The notes below the pieces were generated by a model. The model did not search any database. It saw only the letters and a program-made list of their open reading frames with translations, and had not been told where the DNA came from. From contig NZ_CALGWU010000023.1 of the NCBI RefSeq assembly GCF_937936315.1, forward strand, positions 53,857-117,856: 64,000 nt of DNA. The letters run 5' to 3'. The position numbers and the translations under genes were made by a program. Source of the DNA: an uncultured Capnocytophaga sp. (GTDB lineage: Bacteria; Bacteroidota; Bacteroidia; Flavobacteriales; Flavobacteriaceae). This document shows positions 1 to 10,967 of this stretch, one piece after another (positions within the stretch are counted from its first letter, which is position 1; every line of letters starts with the position of its first letter).

Positions 1-1066
1 TGAACTTATTTATATTTTAGATACTAAAAAAGAAAACAACCTTATCATTCACATAGCAGAGCATCTTCCTACTGAACTCAACGACCCATTCAAAGCCGAA
101 GTACATCCAGTAGCTCGTGAAATGGCAGAAGCCAACCACAGTGCGACACACTTGTTACATCAAGCTTTGCGTGAGGTATTAGGCACACACGTAGAGCAAA
201 AAGGTTCACGTGTAGCCCCTGAAGCTTTGCGTTTCGACTTCTCTCACTTTGCTAAACTCACTTCTGATGAACTTAAAGAAGTAGAGCGTTTGGTAAACAA
301 ACGTATTTTTGAGAAAATTCCTTTGCAAGAACACCGAAATATTCCTATCCAACAAGCGGTAGAATCAGGGGCTATGGCGCTCTTTGGTGAAAAATATGGC
401 GACCGTGTACGTATGATTCAGTTTGGAGATAGTAAAGAACTCTGTGGGGGTACTCACGTGAAAAATACAGGTGATATTTGGTTTTTCAAAATTATCTCAG
501 AAGGAGCCGTAGCAGCAGGTATTCGTCGTATTGAGGCAATCACTCGTGGAGGAGCTATGCAGTATTTCATTGAACAAGAACAGCTGGTAGAGCGTATCAA
601 AGAAACACTTAAAAATACACAAGACCCTGTGAAAGCTATCACACATTTACAAGAAGAAAATGCAGCTTTGCACAGAGAATTGGAACAACTGAAAAAAGAA
701 CAAGCTAAACAACTCAAAGCTAATCTCAAAGCTGAATTTACAGAAATTAATGGTATTCAATGTCTTATCAAGCAAGTAGATGCTGAGGTAGCAACACTTA
801 AAGACCTTGCTTTTGAATTAGGTAATGAGGTGAAAGATGCTTTTGTATTCTTTGCTTCAGCTCACGAAGAAGGTAAAGCACTCTTATTGTGTTATATCAA
901 TAAAGAATTAGCTCAAGCTAAAGGTTTAGACGCTGGCAAAATAGTACGCGAATTAGGTAAATACATTCACGGAGGTGGAGGTGGTCAACCATTCTTCGCC
1001 ACTGCAGGAGGTAAAAAACCTGAAGGTATTGCCGAAGCATTATCTAAAGTAAAAGACTTTCTATAA
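1..1066 (+). CDS. alaS: Alanine--tRNA ligase, C-terminal part (5' end lies outside the window)
   Basis: Frame 2 is open from base 2 with no start codon. It contains the editing-domain HxxxH-like motif ([11 protein letters not shown]), a coiled-coil region, and the C-terminal DHHA1-like [13 protein letters not shown]. Confidence 0.9.
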   Translation, partial: ELIYILDTKKENNLIIHIAEHLPTELNDPFKAEVHPVAREMAEANHSATHLLHQALREVLGTHVEQKGSRVAPEALRFDFSHFAKLTSDELKEVERLVNKRIFEKIPLQEHRNIPIQQAVESGAMALFGEKYGDRVRMIQFGDSKELCGGTHVKNTGDIWFFKIISEGAVAAGIRRIEAITRGGAMQYFIEQEQLVERIKETLKNTQDPVKAITHLQEENAALHRELEQLKKEQAKQLKANLKAEFTEINGIQCLIKQVDAEVATLKDLAFELGNEVKDAFVFFASAHEEGKALLLCYINKELAQAKGLDAGKIVRELGKYIHGGGGGQPFFATAGGKKPEGIAEALSKVKDFL

Positions 1067-1632
1067 TGAATTTTTTAGCCCATATTTATCTCTCAGGAGA
1101 AGGTGATGAATTACTTACCATTGGTAACTTTATTGCCGATACCGTACGAGGTAAAGAATACTTACAATACCCCGAAGCAATGCAACGGGGTATTTTATTA
1201 CATCGCAAAATTGATACATTCACTGATGCGCATCCTATTTTCCGACAAAGTAAACATCGCCTAGTGCCTACATATAATCATTATGCAGGAGTTTTAGTAG
1301 ATATTTACTACGATTACTTTCTTGCTAAACATTGGAAAGAATATTCTACTATATCTTTAGAACAATATGCCCAACGTTTTTACAACTCTTTAGAAAAACA
1401 TCAACTCTTATTAAGTGAAAAAGCACAGAATTTGAGCAAATATATCATAGCAGAACATTGGTTAGAAAAATATCAGACTATTGAAGGAATAGCATCAATA
1501 CTCTACCAAATGGATAGGCGTACGGGATTTATTTCCAAAATGCAATATGCTGCCAATGATTTGTGCAAAGATGAAAGTTTATATGAAAAAGAGTTTGAAA
1601 ACTTCTTTGGAGAAATACAAAGATCTATATGA
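1066..1632 (+). CDS. Acyl carrier protein phosphodiesterase (AcpH-like, DUF479)
   Basis: N-terminus [11 protein letters not shown]...GNFIADTVRG is typical of the AcpH family. The start overlaps the alaS stop (TAATG). Confidence 0.65.
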   Translation: MNFLAHIYLSGEGDELLTIGNFIADTVRGKEYLQYPEAMQRGILLHRKIDTFTDAHPIFRQSKHRLVPTYNHYAGVLVDIYYDYFLAKHWKEYSTISLEQYAQRFYNSLEKHQLLLSEKAQNLSKYIIAEHWLEKYQTIEGIASILYQMDRRTGFISKMQYAANDLCKDESLYEKEFENFFGEIQRSI

Positions 1633-1710
1633 AGTATTGGTTTTCAGAAGATTGTATTGTTGATGCTATTTATTTTTCATTTTTCATTTTTCACTTTTCA
1701 CTTTTTTTTA

Positions 1711-1718
1711 TACCTTTG
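1711..1718 (+). promoter_or_regulatory. Bacteroidota-type -7 box (TAccTTTG) upstream of hemN
   Basis: TACCTTTG lies 20 nt before the hemN ATG, preceded by T-rich TTTTCA/CTTTTCA direct repeats. Confidence 0.45.
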
Positions 1719-1737
1719 CCTCGTTTTTTGTACAAAA

Positions 1738-3102
1738 ATGCCAATATCTCTCATTCAAAAATACAATGTAGCAGGTCCTCGCTATACTAGCTACCCTACT
1801 GTTCCTTATTGGGATAGTAGTACTTTTTCCACTGAAAAATGGTTAGAGAGTTTATCCAAATCATATTCTGAGAGTAATAGTACTGAAGGTATTAGTCTTT
1901 ACATTCATTTACCTTTTTGTGAGAGCCTTTGTACTTTTTGTGGTTGTCATAAGCGTATTACCAAACGTCACGAAATGGAAATACCTTATATAGAAGCAGT
2001 ACTCAAAGAGTGGCAATTGTATACTGATTTTTTGAAAGAACGCCCTCGTATTAAAGAAATACATTTAGGAGGTGGTACTCCTACCTTTTTTCAACCTTCT
2101 CAATTATGTCGTTTGATAGAAGGAATTTTTGAGCGTGCTGATAGAGTAGAAAACTATGAATTTAGTTTTGAAGGTCATCCTAATAATACCACTGAAATAC
2201 ATTTGCAAACCCTTTATGATTTAGGCTTCAAACGTGTGAGTTATGGAGTACAGGACTATTCTCCTAAAGTGCAAAAAGCCATTCATCGTTTGCAACCTTT
2301 TGAGAATGTACAGCGTGTTACCGAACAAGCCAGAACTATCGGCTATACCTCAGTGAGCCATGATTTGGTCTTTGGATTGCCTTTTCAAACCTTAGACGAT
2401 GTACTCTTCACTATTGATAAAAGTAATACCCTTCGTCCAGATCGTATAGCTTTCTATAGTTATGCACACGTGCCTTGGATAAAAGGTAGTGGGCAACGTG
2501 GTTTTAAAGATGAACATGTACCTACAGGAGAAGTGAAGCGTCAATTGTATGAAGTGGGTAAACAGCATCTACTTGAGGCAGGCTATATAGAAATAGGAAT
2601 GGATCACTTTGCTTTACCTACTGATAGTATGTATCACGCATTCAAAAACAAACAATTACATCGTAATTTTATGGGGTATACCTCCTCTAAAACTCAAGTG
2701 ATGATAGGTTTAGGAATGTCATCTATCAGTGATAGTTGGTATGGTTTTGCTCAGAATGAAAAAGACTTAGACGATTATTATTCACGTCTTGAAAAGAATG
2801 AAATTCCTGTTTGTAAAGGACATATTCTTAATAAAGAAGATTTGATTATCAGGCGTCACATTCTTAACTTAATGTGCCAGTTTGAGACTTCTTGGACTGA
2901 TGAATCACTTCAATTCTTTGAAATAAATGAAGTAATAGCACACTTGGAGGAGATGCAAAATGATGGATTGTTACATATATCAAACAATCGTATAGAAGTT
3001 CCTGATGCAGGGAAACCTTTTATTAGAAATATTTGTATGGCTTTTGATTTACATTTACAACGCAAAATGCCTAACACCAAAATATTTAGTATGACAGTTT
3101 AA
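1738..3102 (+). CDS. hemN: Oxygen-independent coproporphyrinogen III oxidase (radical SAM)
   Basis: Has PRYTSYPT, the radical-SAM CxxxCxxC motif (CESLCTFC) and the GGGTPT motif. The ORF-track start at 1657 is an unlikely N-terminal extension, so the start is set at ATG 1738. Confidence 0.9.
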   Translation: MPISLIQKYNVAGPRYTSYPTVPYWDSSTFSTEKWLESLSKSYSESNSTEGISLYIHLPFCESLCTFCGCHKRITKRHEMEIPYIEAVLKEWQLYTDFLKERPRIKEIHLGGGTPTFFQPSQLCRLIEGIFERADRVENYEFSFEGHPNNTTEIHLQTLYDLGFKRVSYGVQDYSPKVQKAIHRLQPFENVQRVTEQARTIGYTSVSHDLVFGLPFQTLDDVLFTIDKSNTLRPDRIAFYSYAHVPWIKGSGQRGFKDEHVPTGEVKRQLYEVGKQHLLEAGYIEIGMDHFALPTDSMYHAFKNKQLHRNFMGYTSSKTQVMIGLGMSSISDSWYGFAQNEKDLDDYYSRLEKNEIPVCKGHILNKEDLIIRRHILNLMCQFETSWTDESLQFFEINEVIAHLEEMQNDGLLHISNNRIEVPDAGKPFIRNICMAFDLHLQRKMPNTKIFSMTV

Positions 3103-3159
3103 AAAGTTATACTTAACCGTTATAGTGATTGAGTTTTTTAGTTAGTGATGAAAAGGGAC

Positions 3160-3195
3160 AGTTGTGAAATTCGTCCCTTTTCTTTTTGTATTTTT
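3160..3195 (+). terminator. Rho-independent terminator after hemN
   Basis: Hairpin AAGGGAC-N13-GTCCCTT followed by a T-run. Confidence 0.5.
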
Positions 3196-3263
3196 AGAAA
3201 AAAATATTACTTTTGCCCCGAAATAAAAACAAATCATTTTTTTAACTTAAAAATTGAATTATT

Positions 3264-3638
3264 ATGGGATTTTTAAAAGAATTTAAAGAGTTTGCAGTAA
3301 AAGGCAACGTAGTAGATTTAGCCATTGGGGTTATCATTGGGGCTGCTTTTGGTGCTATTGTGTCATCATTAGTATCTGATGTGATTACTCCTTTGTTATT
3401 AGCACCAGCTTTAAAAGCTACAGGAGCTGAAAATTTACAAAGTTTAGTATGGAATGGAGTAGCTTACGGTAAGTTTTTAGCGGCTATAATCAACTTCTTG
3501 TGTGTTGCTATTGCATTGTTTATGCTTGTAAAAGGTATAAATAAAATGAAGAAGAAAGAAGAAGAAGCTCCAGCAGCGCCAGCTGGTCCTACTCAAGAAG
3601 AACTATTAGCTGAAATTAGAGATTTATTGAAAAAATAA
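3264..3638 (+). CDS. mscL: Large-conductance mechanosensitive channel
   Basis: [30 protein letters not shown] is the MscL N-terminal signature. Two TM helices. A TAcTTTTG box sits at 3208-3215. Confidence 0.9.
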   Translation: MGFLKEFKEFAVKGNVVDLAIGVIIGAAFGAIVSSLVSDVITPLLLAPALKATGAENLQSLVWNGVAYGKFLAAIINFLCVAIALFMLVKGINKMKKKEEEAPAAPAGPTQEELLAEIRDLLKK

Positions 3639-3705
3639 ATAAAAAAATCGTGTAACCGCAACACTACACATTTCAACAATTGTTTAATTAAAACCACGCC
3701 CTATT

Positions 3706-4734
3706 TTATAAGGCGTGGTTCTTTTTTATAAGTTTTTTATTAATACGCTTTATAAGTCCCGCTCCTTCGTAGATAAATCCAGTGTAAAGTTGTACTAATG
3801 AAGCTCCTGCTTCTAATTTTTCAAGAGCATCCTCTTCACTAAAAATACCTCCTACACCTATGATAGGAAAGGCTTTACCACTTTTCTCACTTAAAAATCG
3901 AATTACTTCAGTAGCGCGCTTGCCAAGTGGTTTTCCACTAAGTCCACCAGTTTCTTTCTTGTTATCAGACTGTAGTCCATCTCTATTAATAGTTGTGTTG
4001 GTAGCAATTACCCCAGCAATATGCGTTTCTTTTACGATTTCTATGATGTCTAATAACTGTTCATCGGTGAGATCAGGAGCGATTTTTAAAAGAATAGGTT
4101 TAGGTTCTTTTTTGGTTGAGTTTTTATCTTGAAGGGTATTTAGCAACTGTTTAAGAGGTTCTTTTTCTTGCAGTGAGCGTAGGTTAGGAGTATTAGGAGA
4201 ACTTACATTTACTACAAAATAATCTACATAATCAAAAAGTTGTTCAAAACAAATGAGATAATCGTTTACAGCTTCCTCGTTAGGAGTTGCTTTGTTCTTT
4301 CCTATATTGCCTCCTATTAATACACTTTTGTTTTTTTTGAGTCTCTCTACAGCCGCTGCTACTCCTTCATTATTGAACCCCATACGATTAATAATTCCTT
4401 TATCGTCTATAAGACGGAAAAGTCGTTTTTTAGGATTTCCAAGTTGTGGTTTAGGGGTAATGGTGCCTATTTCTATAAAACCAAAACCTAAGTTGGATAA
4501 TTCTTGGTATAAAGTAGCGTCCTTGTCGAGCCCAGCTGCTAATCCCACAGGGTTTTTGAAGTGTAATCCAAAAACCTCTCGGTGCAAAGAAGGATGTTCT
4601 ACTTGATAGATAGCCCGAATGAGAGAGGATACAAAAGGTATTTTGTGTATCAACTTCAAATATCTGAAAGTAAAATGATGTGCCTTTTCGGGGTCAAGAC
4701 TAAATAATAAAGGACGGATGAATAACTTGTACAT
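3706..4734 (-). CDS. pyrD: Dihydroorotate dehydrogenase (quinone), class 2
   Basis: N-terminal membrane-association helix plus a TIM-barrel with [12 protein letters not shown] and GVIATNTT motifs. Confidence 0.9.
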   Translation of the reverse strand: MYKLFIRPLLFSLDPEKAHHFTFRYLKLIHKIPFVSSLIRAIYQVEHPSLHREVFGLHFKNPVGLAAGLDKDATLYQELSNLGFGFIEIGTITPKPQLGNPKKRLFRLIDDKGIINRMGFNNEGVAAAVERLKKNKSVLIGGNIGKNKATPNEEAVNDYLICFEQLFDYVDYFVVNVSSPNTPNLRSLQEKEPLKQLLNTLQDKNSTKKEPKPILLKIAPDLTDEQLLDIIEIVKETHIAGVIATNTTINRDGLQSDNKKETGGLSGKPLGKRATEVIRFLSEKSGKAFPIIGVGGIFSEEDALEKLEAGASLVQLYTGFIYEGAGLIKRINKKLIKKNHAL

Positions 4735-4758
4735 AGCTGTTGATTTAAAATACTTTTC

Positions 4759-6231
4759 TTAATTTACACTATAACTAGTTCCTTGTTTACCATCTTTAAG
4801 CTGAATGCCCAATGCGAGGAGTTCATCTCTAATCTTGTCGGAAAGTGCCCAATCTTTATTAGCACGAGCTTCCATTCGCATATTGATAAGTAGTTGGAGA
4901 ACTCCATCGAGTTTGTCATTGTTATTAGCAGCTTGTTGCTCGCTTTGTAAACCTAAAACATCAAAAATAAAGGCGTTCATTAGATTTTTTAATTCCTTGA
5001 GTTCGGCTACTGAAATCTTTTCATCACCATTAATCCATTTTACGGCTTCGAAAAGATGAGCTATGAGTATAGGTGAATTGAAATCATCTAAAAGTGCATC
5101 ATAGCATTTTTCTTTCCATTTATCTATTTCATAAGAAAGAGGTCCTGGGTGTTCTAAAGCAGTAGTTTTTTCATTCAATATTTTTACTGCTTCCATAAGT
5201 CTATTGAATCCTTTTTCAGCAGCAAGCATAGCTTCATTAGAGATGTCAAGCACACTACGATAGTGGGCTTGCATAAAGCAAAAGCGAATAACAGCAGGAG
5301 CAAAAGCTTTCTCAAAGAAAGTGTTTTCTCCACTTATAAGTTGCATTGGCAAAATATAATTACCAGTAGATTTACTCATACGTTGTCCGTTCATTGTGAG
5401 CATATTGGCGTGCATCCAATAACGAACAGGGTTTTCTCCGTAACCAGCTTTCCCTTGTGCTATTTCGCATTCGTGGTGTGGAAATTTTAAATCCATACCA
5501 CCCCCGTGAATATCAAACTGATTACCAAGATATTTTGTACTCATTATTGTACATTCTAAGTGCCAACCAGGGAACCCATCGCTCCAAGGTGATGCCCAAC
5601 GCATAATATGAGCTGGAGAAGCTTTCTTCCAGAGCGCAAAGTCTTGAGGATTGCGCTTTTCTCCTTGTCCGTCCAAGTCACGAGTATTAGCAAAAAGTTC
5701 TTCGATATTTCGATGTGAGAGTTCTCCATAATTGAGTCCTCGTTTGTTGTATTCAAGTACATCAAAATATACAGAACCATTGCTTTCATAAGCAAATCCA
5801 TCTTTTAGTAATTTTTCGGTAAGTTGTATTTGTTCTAGTATATGCCCTGTAGCAGTAGGTTCAATAGTAGGAGGTAGTAAGTTGAATATTTCTAAAACTT
5901 TGTGAAAATCTACAGTGTACTTTTGTACAATCTCCATAGGTTCAAGTTTTTCAAGGCGAGATTGTTTTACAAAGCGGTCATTATTCACATCGCCATCATC
6001 GGTAAGGTGACCAGCATCTGTGATATTACGTACGTAGCGCACTTTGTAACCTAAAAAGTTAAGTGTGCGATACACAAAATCAAACGACATAAAAGTACGC
6101 ACATTACCTAAGTGGACGTTACTATATACGGTAGGTCCACATACATACATCCCTACATTATTTTCGTGTAAGGGTACAAAAACTTCTTTTTCTCCAGTAA
6201 AGGAATTGAATATTTTTAATTGATGATTCAT
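4759..6231 (-). CDS. cysS: Cysteine--tRNA ligase
   Basis: Class I HIGH-type motif (HLGN), the KMSKS motif, and cysteine-binding residues. Confidence 0.93.
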   Translation of the reverse strand: MNHQLKIFNSFTGEKEVFVPLHENNVGMYVCGPTVYSNVHLGNVRTFMSFDFVYRTLNFLGYKVRYVRNITDAGHLTDDGDVNNDRFVKQSRLEKLEPMEIVQKYTVDFHKVLEIFNLLPPTIEPTATGHILEQIQLTEKLLKDGFAYESNGSVYFDVLEYNKRGLNYGELSHRNIEELFANTRDLDGQGEKRNPQDFALWKKASPAHIMRWASPWSDGFPGWHLECTIMSTKYLGNQFDIHGGGMDLKFPHHECEIAQGKAGYGENPVRYWMHANMLTMNGQRMSKSTGNYILPMQLISGENTFFEKAFAPAVIRFCFMQAHYRSVLDISNEAMLAAEKGFNRLMEAVKILNEKTTALEHPGPLSYEIDKWKEKCYDALLDDFNSPILIAHLFEAVKWINGDEKISVAELKELKNLMNAFIFDVLGLQSEQQAANNNDKLDGVLQLLINMRMEARANKDWALSDKIRDELLALGIQLKDGKQGTSYSVN

Positions 6232-6258
6232 TCTGATATTGTAATTAATTATTAAAGA

Positions 6259-6720
6259 TTAACCGCGATAGATAATTGCTTGATTTAATGCTTCTACCAC
6301 TTTTTCAATGTATTGTTTATCAGGAGAACTTAATACATCTGAAGTGCCTGAGTTACTGCTGATTCTTACATAATAGTTATAGAAATATTCAGGCTTTAAC
6401 TTGCTTATTTTATATATTGCAAAAATAATAAGAGCAATACAAATAAATATTATAACATAAGAGATTGAAGAAGAGGCAGTTTTTAGCATTTTGCTAATAC
6501 TGATAGTTTGATATTGAAAGAGTAATAATGCAGAAGCGAAACCTATGAGAACTTTATAAAGCGTTTTGCTAGGTTTTTTTACCCAATAGTTGGAAGCAGT
6601 TGAAACTGATGAAATGTTTCGCAAAACATATGTTTTATCACCTATTACTAATCTTGATTGAGAAACTAATACATTATTTTGTTGAAAGAAGATTCTTTCT
6701 TTATTAATTTGATTGTCCAT
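6259..6720 (-). CDS. Hypothetical membrane protein
   Basis: ORF with one or two predicted TM helices and no recognisable family. Confidence 0.35.
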   Translation of the reverse strand: MDNQINKERIFFQQNNVLVSQSRLVIGDKTYVLRNISSVSTASNYWVKKPSKTLYKVLIGFASALLLFQYQTISISKMLKTASSSISYVIIFICIALIIFAIYKISKLKPEYFYNYYVRISSNSGTSDVLSSPDKQYIEKVVEALNQAIIYRG

Positions 6721-6867
6721 AATTTATTACTAGTTTTATTATTAAAAAAATGGATTTTGTCAGAGTTTAAGTTGTTTTAATTTTGTTTTTATTTGCCAAT
6801 CTAAAAAACTTTCATTATAATGAGTAATTTGTAAAGAGATATAAATTTAATAATCAAATTACCTAGG

Positions 6868-7848
6868 TTAAATTTGTGAGGTATTTTCTAGGTCAAACTT
6901 ACAATTTAGTATTTTGTCTTTAATTTTATATCTTTCTCCATTACTTTTAGTTTTTAAAATAATCTCCCCCAAAAAACCTGCAATAAATAACTGTGTACCA
7001 ATAAGCATAGTAATAAGTGCAAGATAAAACTGAGGTCTATCAGCAATAAGGCGACCATTAGGGTTGATAAATAATTTATCAATTCCAAGGTAAGCTGAGA
7101 ATAAGAATCCTATAAAGAACATCAGTACTCCCAGTGCTCCAAAAAAGTGCATTGGTCGTTTGCCAAAATGCGACAAGAAACTAATGGTGATAAGGTCTAA
7201 AAATCCGTTGATAAACCTACTTATACCAAATTTTGTAACACCATATTTGCGAGCTTGATGTTGCACAACTTTCTCAGTAATACGATTGAACCCCGCATTC
7301 TTTGCTAATACGGGAATATAGCGATGCATCTCTCCTGATACTTCAACATTCTTTACAACCTCTTGTTTGTAGGCTTTAAGCCCACAATTAAAGTCGTGAA
7401 GTGTGAGACCTGAGGTTTTGCGTGCTGCCCAGTTGAAGAGTTTAGAAGGTAGGTTTTTTGCCAAAACTGAATCGTAACGTTTTTTCTTCCAGCCTGATAC
7501 GAGGTCATACCCTTCTTGGGTAATCATATTGTAAAGAGCAGGAATCTCATCAGGACTGTCCTGCAGGTCGGCATCCATAGTAATCACCACATCTCCTTGT
7601 GCTTGTTTAAAGCCAGCGTGTAGCGCTTGTGATTTACCATAGTTGCACAAAAAGCGAATACCCTTTATGTTACTATCTTTAGCCGATAATTCTTCAATCA
7701 CCTGCCAAGAATTATCAGTACTACCGTCATCTACAAAAATAATTTCGTAGGAATAACTATGTTCAGTAAGTACTTTATGTAGCCACTGATAAAGTTCGGG
7801 TAATGATTCTTGTTCATTGAGTAGTGGTATGACAATTGATATATTCAT
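6868..7848 (-). CDS. Family 2 glycosyltransferase (polyprenyl-phosphate sugar transferase type, GtrB/ArnC-like) with C-terminal TM helices
   Basis: IVIPLLNE...FVDDGSTDNS plus a DxD region. C-terminal hydrophobic segments. Confidence 0.8.
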   Translation of the reverse strand: MNISIVIPLLNEQESLPELYQWLHKVLTEHSYSYEIIFVDDGSTDNSWQVIEELSAKDSNIKGIRFLCNYGKSQALHAGFKQAQGDVVITMDADLQDSPDEIPALYNMITQEGYDLVSGWKKKRYDSVLAKNLPSKLFNWAARKTSGLTLHDFNCGLKAYKQEVVKNVEVSGEMHRYIPVLAKNAGFNRITEKVVQHQARKYGVTKFGISRFINGFLDLITISFLSHFGKRPMHFFGALGVLMFFIGFLFSAYLGIDKLFINPNGRLIADRPQFYLALITMLIGTQLFIAGFLGEIILKTKSNGERYKIKDKILNCKFDLENTSQI

Positions 7849-8831
7849 TAGAAAATATTTACTTCAAATTCTAAGGTGATGCCAAATTGCTTGAGTACAG
7901 TTGCTTGTACATAATGAGCCACAGCTAAAATTTCTTTGCCAGTAGCTTTTCCATAGTTCACAAGCACTAAGGCTTGCAAGTTGTGTACTCCTGCATCTCC
8001 CTTTCTATATCCTTTGAGCCCTGCGCGATCTATCAACCAACCTGCAGGCACTTTTACTTGTGTTTCATCAATAGGGTAAGAAGGAATATCTGGATATTGA
8101 ATTTTTAATTCTTCGTAATTAGTTTTTGAAATGATAGGATTTTTGAAAAAACTACCACAGTTCCCTAATGTATCAGGATTAGGCAGTTTGCTTTGGCGTA
8201 TGCTTATTATTACTTCCGAGAGTTGTTTAGGAGTAGGGGAGGAGAGCCCTCTTTCTGTGAGTAGCTGTTGGATAGCCCCATATTCGGTATGCAAAAGATG
8301 ATTGCGTTTGGTGAGTTTGAAAGTAACTGCTGAGATAATATAATTGCCTTTTTCTTTTCCTTTGAAGATAGATTCACGATAGCCAAAACTACATTCGGCG
8401 TTGGTAAAATTTCGCTTTTGTAAAGTGTGAATATTGATAGCCTCACAACTCTCCATTACATCTTTAATTTCAACCCCATAAGCTCCAATGTTTTGCACTG
8501 GGGTAGTTCCTACATTTCCATAGATGAGTGAGAGGTTTTCAAGTCCGCCATAACCTTGAGATAAAGTATATTGCACAAACTGATGCCAGTTTTCACCTGC
8601 TTGTGCTTTAATCCATACATTATCATTATTTTCTTTTACAATGCTAATACCCTTTAGAAGAATATGTAATACAGGTTGTGTGATATCTTGGGTGAGTAAC
8701 ATATTGCTCCCTCCACCTAAAACAAAAGGATTTTTGTGTTGTTGCAAAGCCTCAACTAAAGCCTCTTCGCTGTGTATAGGGAGGTAAATGTTTGCTTTGG
8801 CATTGATATTGAAAGTGTTAGGTATTTGCAT
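7848..8831 (-). CDS. murB: UDP-N-acetylenolpyruvoylglucosamine reductase
   Basis: FAD-binding GGGSNML motif and MurB C-terminal domain. Start/stop abuts the GT2 gene. Confidence 0.88.
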   Translation of the reverse strand: MQIPNTFNINAKANIYLPIHSEEALVEALQQHKNPFVLGGGSNMLLTQDITQPVLHILLKGISIVKENNDNVWIKAQAGENWHQFVQYTLSQGYGGLENLSLIYGNVGTTPVQNIGAYGVEIKDVMESCEAINIHTLQKRNFTNAECSFGYRESIFKGKEKGNYIISAVTFKLTKRNHLLHTEYGAIQQLLTERGLSSPTPKQLSEVIISIRQSKLPNPDTLGNCGSFFKNPIISKTNYEELKIQYPDIPSYPIDETQVKVPAGWLIDRAGLKGYRKGDAGVHNLQALVLVNYGKATGKEILAVAHYVQATVLKQFGITLEFEVNIF

Positions 8832-8977
8832 AACGGCTTATCTAAAATCACCGCGCAAAGGTAAGAGATAATTAGCAAATTAGCAAATTTAACATTGATT
8901 CTTCGCTTGTTAGCTAAGATGGTAAAAGATAAAAAACTAACTAAAAATTTGGAACTATAAATCTAAAAGAAGTATAT

Positions 8978-9322
8978 TTGCAACGTATTATAGTTTTATT
9001 AGCAATTATGGAGCTTGATATCCTCAAAAATAATTGGAGTGATGCACAAATAGTAGAGGTGTCCTATCAGAAAGGAACCTTACAATTAGCATTAAAAGAC
9101 TATCAAAACACAATACATAAGTACCTTTTTGAGAATGTCATTGCATTATCATTTGAGAATTATCTCAATGAGGATATTAGTGAGATACGTTCTTCTTTTT
9201 GGAAAGAAGAAAATGATACCATTTGCCAAATAGATATTCTATCGGCTTGGGCAAATAAAGAAATTGTAAGTTTTTCATTTTTTACACATTACTATGGCAG
9301 CCGAAGGATATGTAATATTTGA
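8978..9322 (+). CDS. Hypothetical protein, possibly the N-terminal half of a frameshifted gene
   Basis: ORF only. It overlaps the next ORF by 29 nt in a different frame, within T5/T6 runs. Confidence 0.3.
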   Translation: MQRIIVLLAIMELDILKNNWSDAQIVEVSYQKGTLQLALKDYQNTIHKYLFENVIALSFENYLNEDISEIRSSFWKEENDTICQIDILSAWANKEIVSFSFFTHYYGSRRICNI

Positions 9323-9650
9323 AGATACTACTTGGTATCAAAAGCATAAAGAAGAAATTAAAGAACAGATTATTTCATTAGATACTTATGTGCGTCATCC
9401 AATGCAAATAGGTGCCTATCTAATAAAAGAAGGTGAATATTGGCTAAAAGGTATTGAGAGTAAACCTCCCCCAGCTGATTGGTCATATAGTGTACGTATC
9501 TTTTTAGATCAAGAGGACTATATTTTTATAGAAATCAGTGCACATCCCCCAAGTATAGAGAGAACCCTTACACAATTTTTAAATTGGATAAGAAAGCAAA
9601 CCCCTATCGTTTTTCAAGATGAAGACGGAGAGGATTTTGGTTATCAATAA
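9294..9650 (+). CDS. Hypothetical protein, possibly the C-terminal half of a frameshifted gene
   Basis: ORF only. See the previous feature. Confidence 0.3.
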   Translation: MAAEGYVIFEDTTWYQKHKEEIKEQIISLDTYVRHPMQIGAYLIKEGEYWLKGIESKPPPADWSYSVRIFLDQEDYIFIEISAHPPSIERTLTQFLNWIRKQTPIVFQDEDGEDFGYQ

Positions 9651-10734
9651 ATTAATTATGAACTCAAAAGAAATAGCAAATGGCATACTTCGTGCCGTAG
9701 GAATCATTGTTTTAGTAGTATTAGGGCTCTATACACTCTACTTACTGCAATCTATTATTATTTATCTCATTGTATCATTGGTACTGACACTAATGGGGAA
9801 ACCTCTTATTCAGTTCTTCTATAAAAGGCTAAAAATAAAGAGCAAAACCCTCTGTGTTATCCTTACAATGACAATTTTTATCTTGTTAGCCTTGAGTGTT
9901 TTTAGCTTGTTTATTCCACTACTTGTTTCACAAGGCAAGAACCTATCAGGGCTTAATATCGATTTACTCAAAACTAATATAGACAACCTTATTCAACAAA
10001 CCCTCAGTAAGGTAGGTTTTCAAAAAGAAGATTATTCTTTTGGAGTACAAGAAATGTTGAATTTTATTGATATTCCTAACTTTCTTAATTCTTTTATCTC
10101 TTTTATTAGTGATTTTGGAGTGGGAGCCTTTTCAGTACTCTTTATCAGCTTTTTCTTTATGAAAGATGGTGAAAAAATTCTTATAGCCCTTCTTTCTACC
10201 TTTTCTACTCACAGAAAACGAAAACTCAAAACCTCTATTTTCAAAATAAACAACCTCTTATCGCGTTATTTTGTAGGATTGATACTTCAAATTAGCATAC
10301 TTTTTGTTATTTACACTATTGTGTTGCTTATTTTTGGGGTAGAAAATTCCTTTATTATAGCATTGCTCTGTGCATTACTAAACCTTATTCCCTACATAGG
10401 CCCAATGATAGGTTTTATATTAATGGCATTACTAACAATGAGCAGTAATCTGCAAAATGATTTTATGAGTGTAACCTTGCCTACTACGTTCTATGTGTTG
10501 ATAGGCTTTTTAGTAGGACAGTTAGTAGATAATGTTTTTTCGCAACCTCTTATTTTTTCAAATTCTGTAAAATCTACTGCTTTAGAGATATTTCTTATTA
10601 CCCTCATCAGTGGTACTCTTTTTGGAATGTTAGGGATGGTAGTTGCTATTCCAGCCTATACTGTCTTAAAAGTGACTTTAAAAGAGTTTTTTCCTAATAA
10701 CAAAATAGTAGTACTACTTACTAAAAATCTATAA
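9619..10734 (+). CDS. AI-2E family transporter (PerM/YhhT-like permease)
   Basis: Multi-pass membrane protein with the family's LNLIPYIGPMIGF motif. The real start may be ATG 9658 (MNSKEIANG). Confidence 0.75.
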   Translation: MKTERILVINKLIMNSKEIANGILRAVGIIVLVVLGLYTLYLLQSIIIYLIVSLVLTLMGKPLIQFFYKRLKIKSKTLCVILTMTIFILLALSVFSLFIPLLVSQGKNLSGLNIDLLKTNIDNLIQQTLSKVGFQKEDYSFGVQEMLNFIDIPNFLNSFISFISDFGVGAFSVLFISFFFMKDGEKILIALLSTFSTHRKRKLKTSIFKINNLLSRYFVGLILQISILFVIYTIVLLIFGVENSFIIALLCALLNLIPYIGPMIGFILMALLTMSSNLQNDFMSVTLPTTFYVLIGFLVGQLVDNVFSQPLIFSNSVKSTALEIFLITLISGTLFGMLGMVVAIPAYTVLKVTLKEFFPNNKIVVLLTKNL

Positions 10735-10967
10735 CTATGAAACAACTATTGGTTTGTAGAAATATCCGATAAAATAAAAATACAATTCTTAGATGCTAAA
10801 TTAAAAATATAACTCTAAATTTTACAAAAAGCTAAATAGCTATTAATCTGCTTTTTTTCAAACAATTAAAAAAAATAACTAAGAAAAAAAATACTTTGTG
10901 TAATAACTATTCAAAAAAAAATTGTAACTTTGTAGCCTAATATCAAAATTGATAAATTTTAAAAGAA

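Noticed and set aside
1657-1737. N-terminal extension MLMLFIFHFSFFTFHFFLYLCLVFCTK on hemN.
   Set aside because: It is translated from the T-rich promoter region containing the -7 box. The conserved HemN N-terminus begins at the ATG at 1738.
10825-10858. Possible terminator hairpin (AAAAAGC...GCTTTTTTT) after the AI-2E transporter gene.
   Set aside because: The stem is short with a 17-nt loop, so it is too weak to call with confidence.
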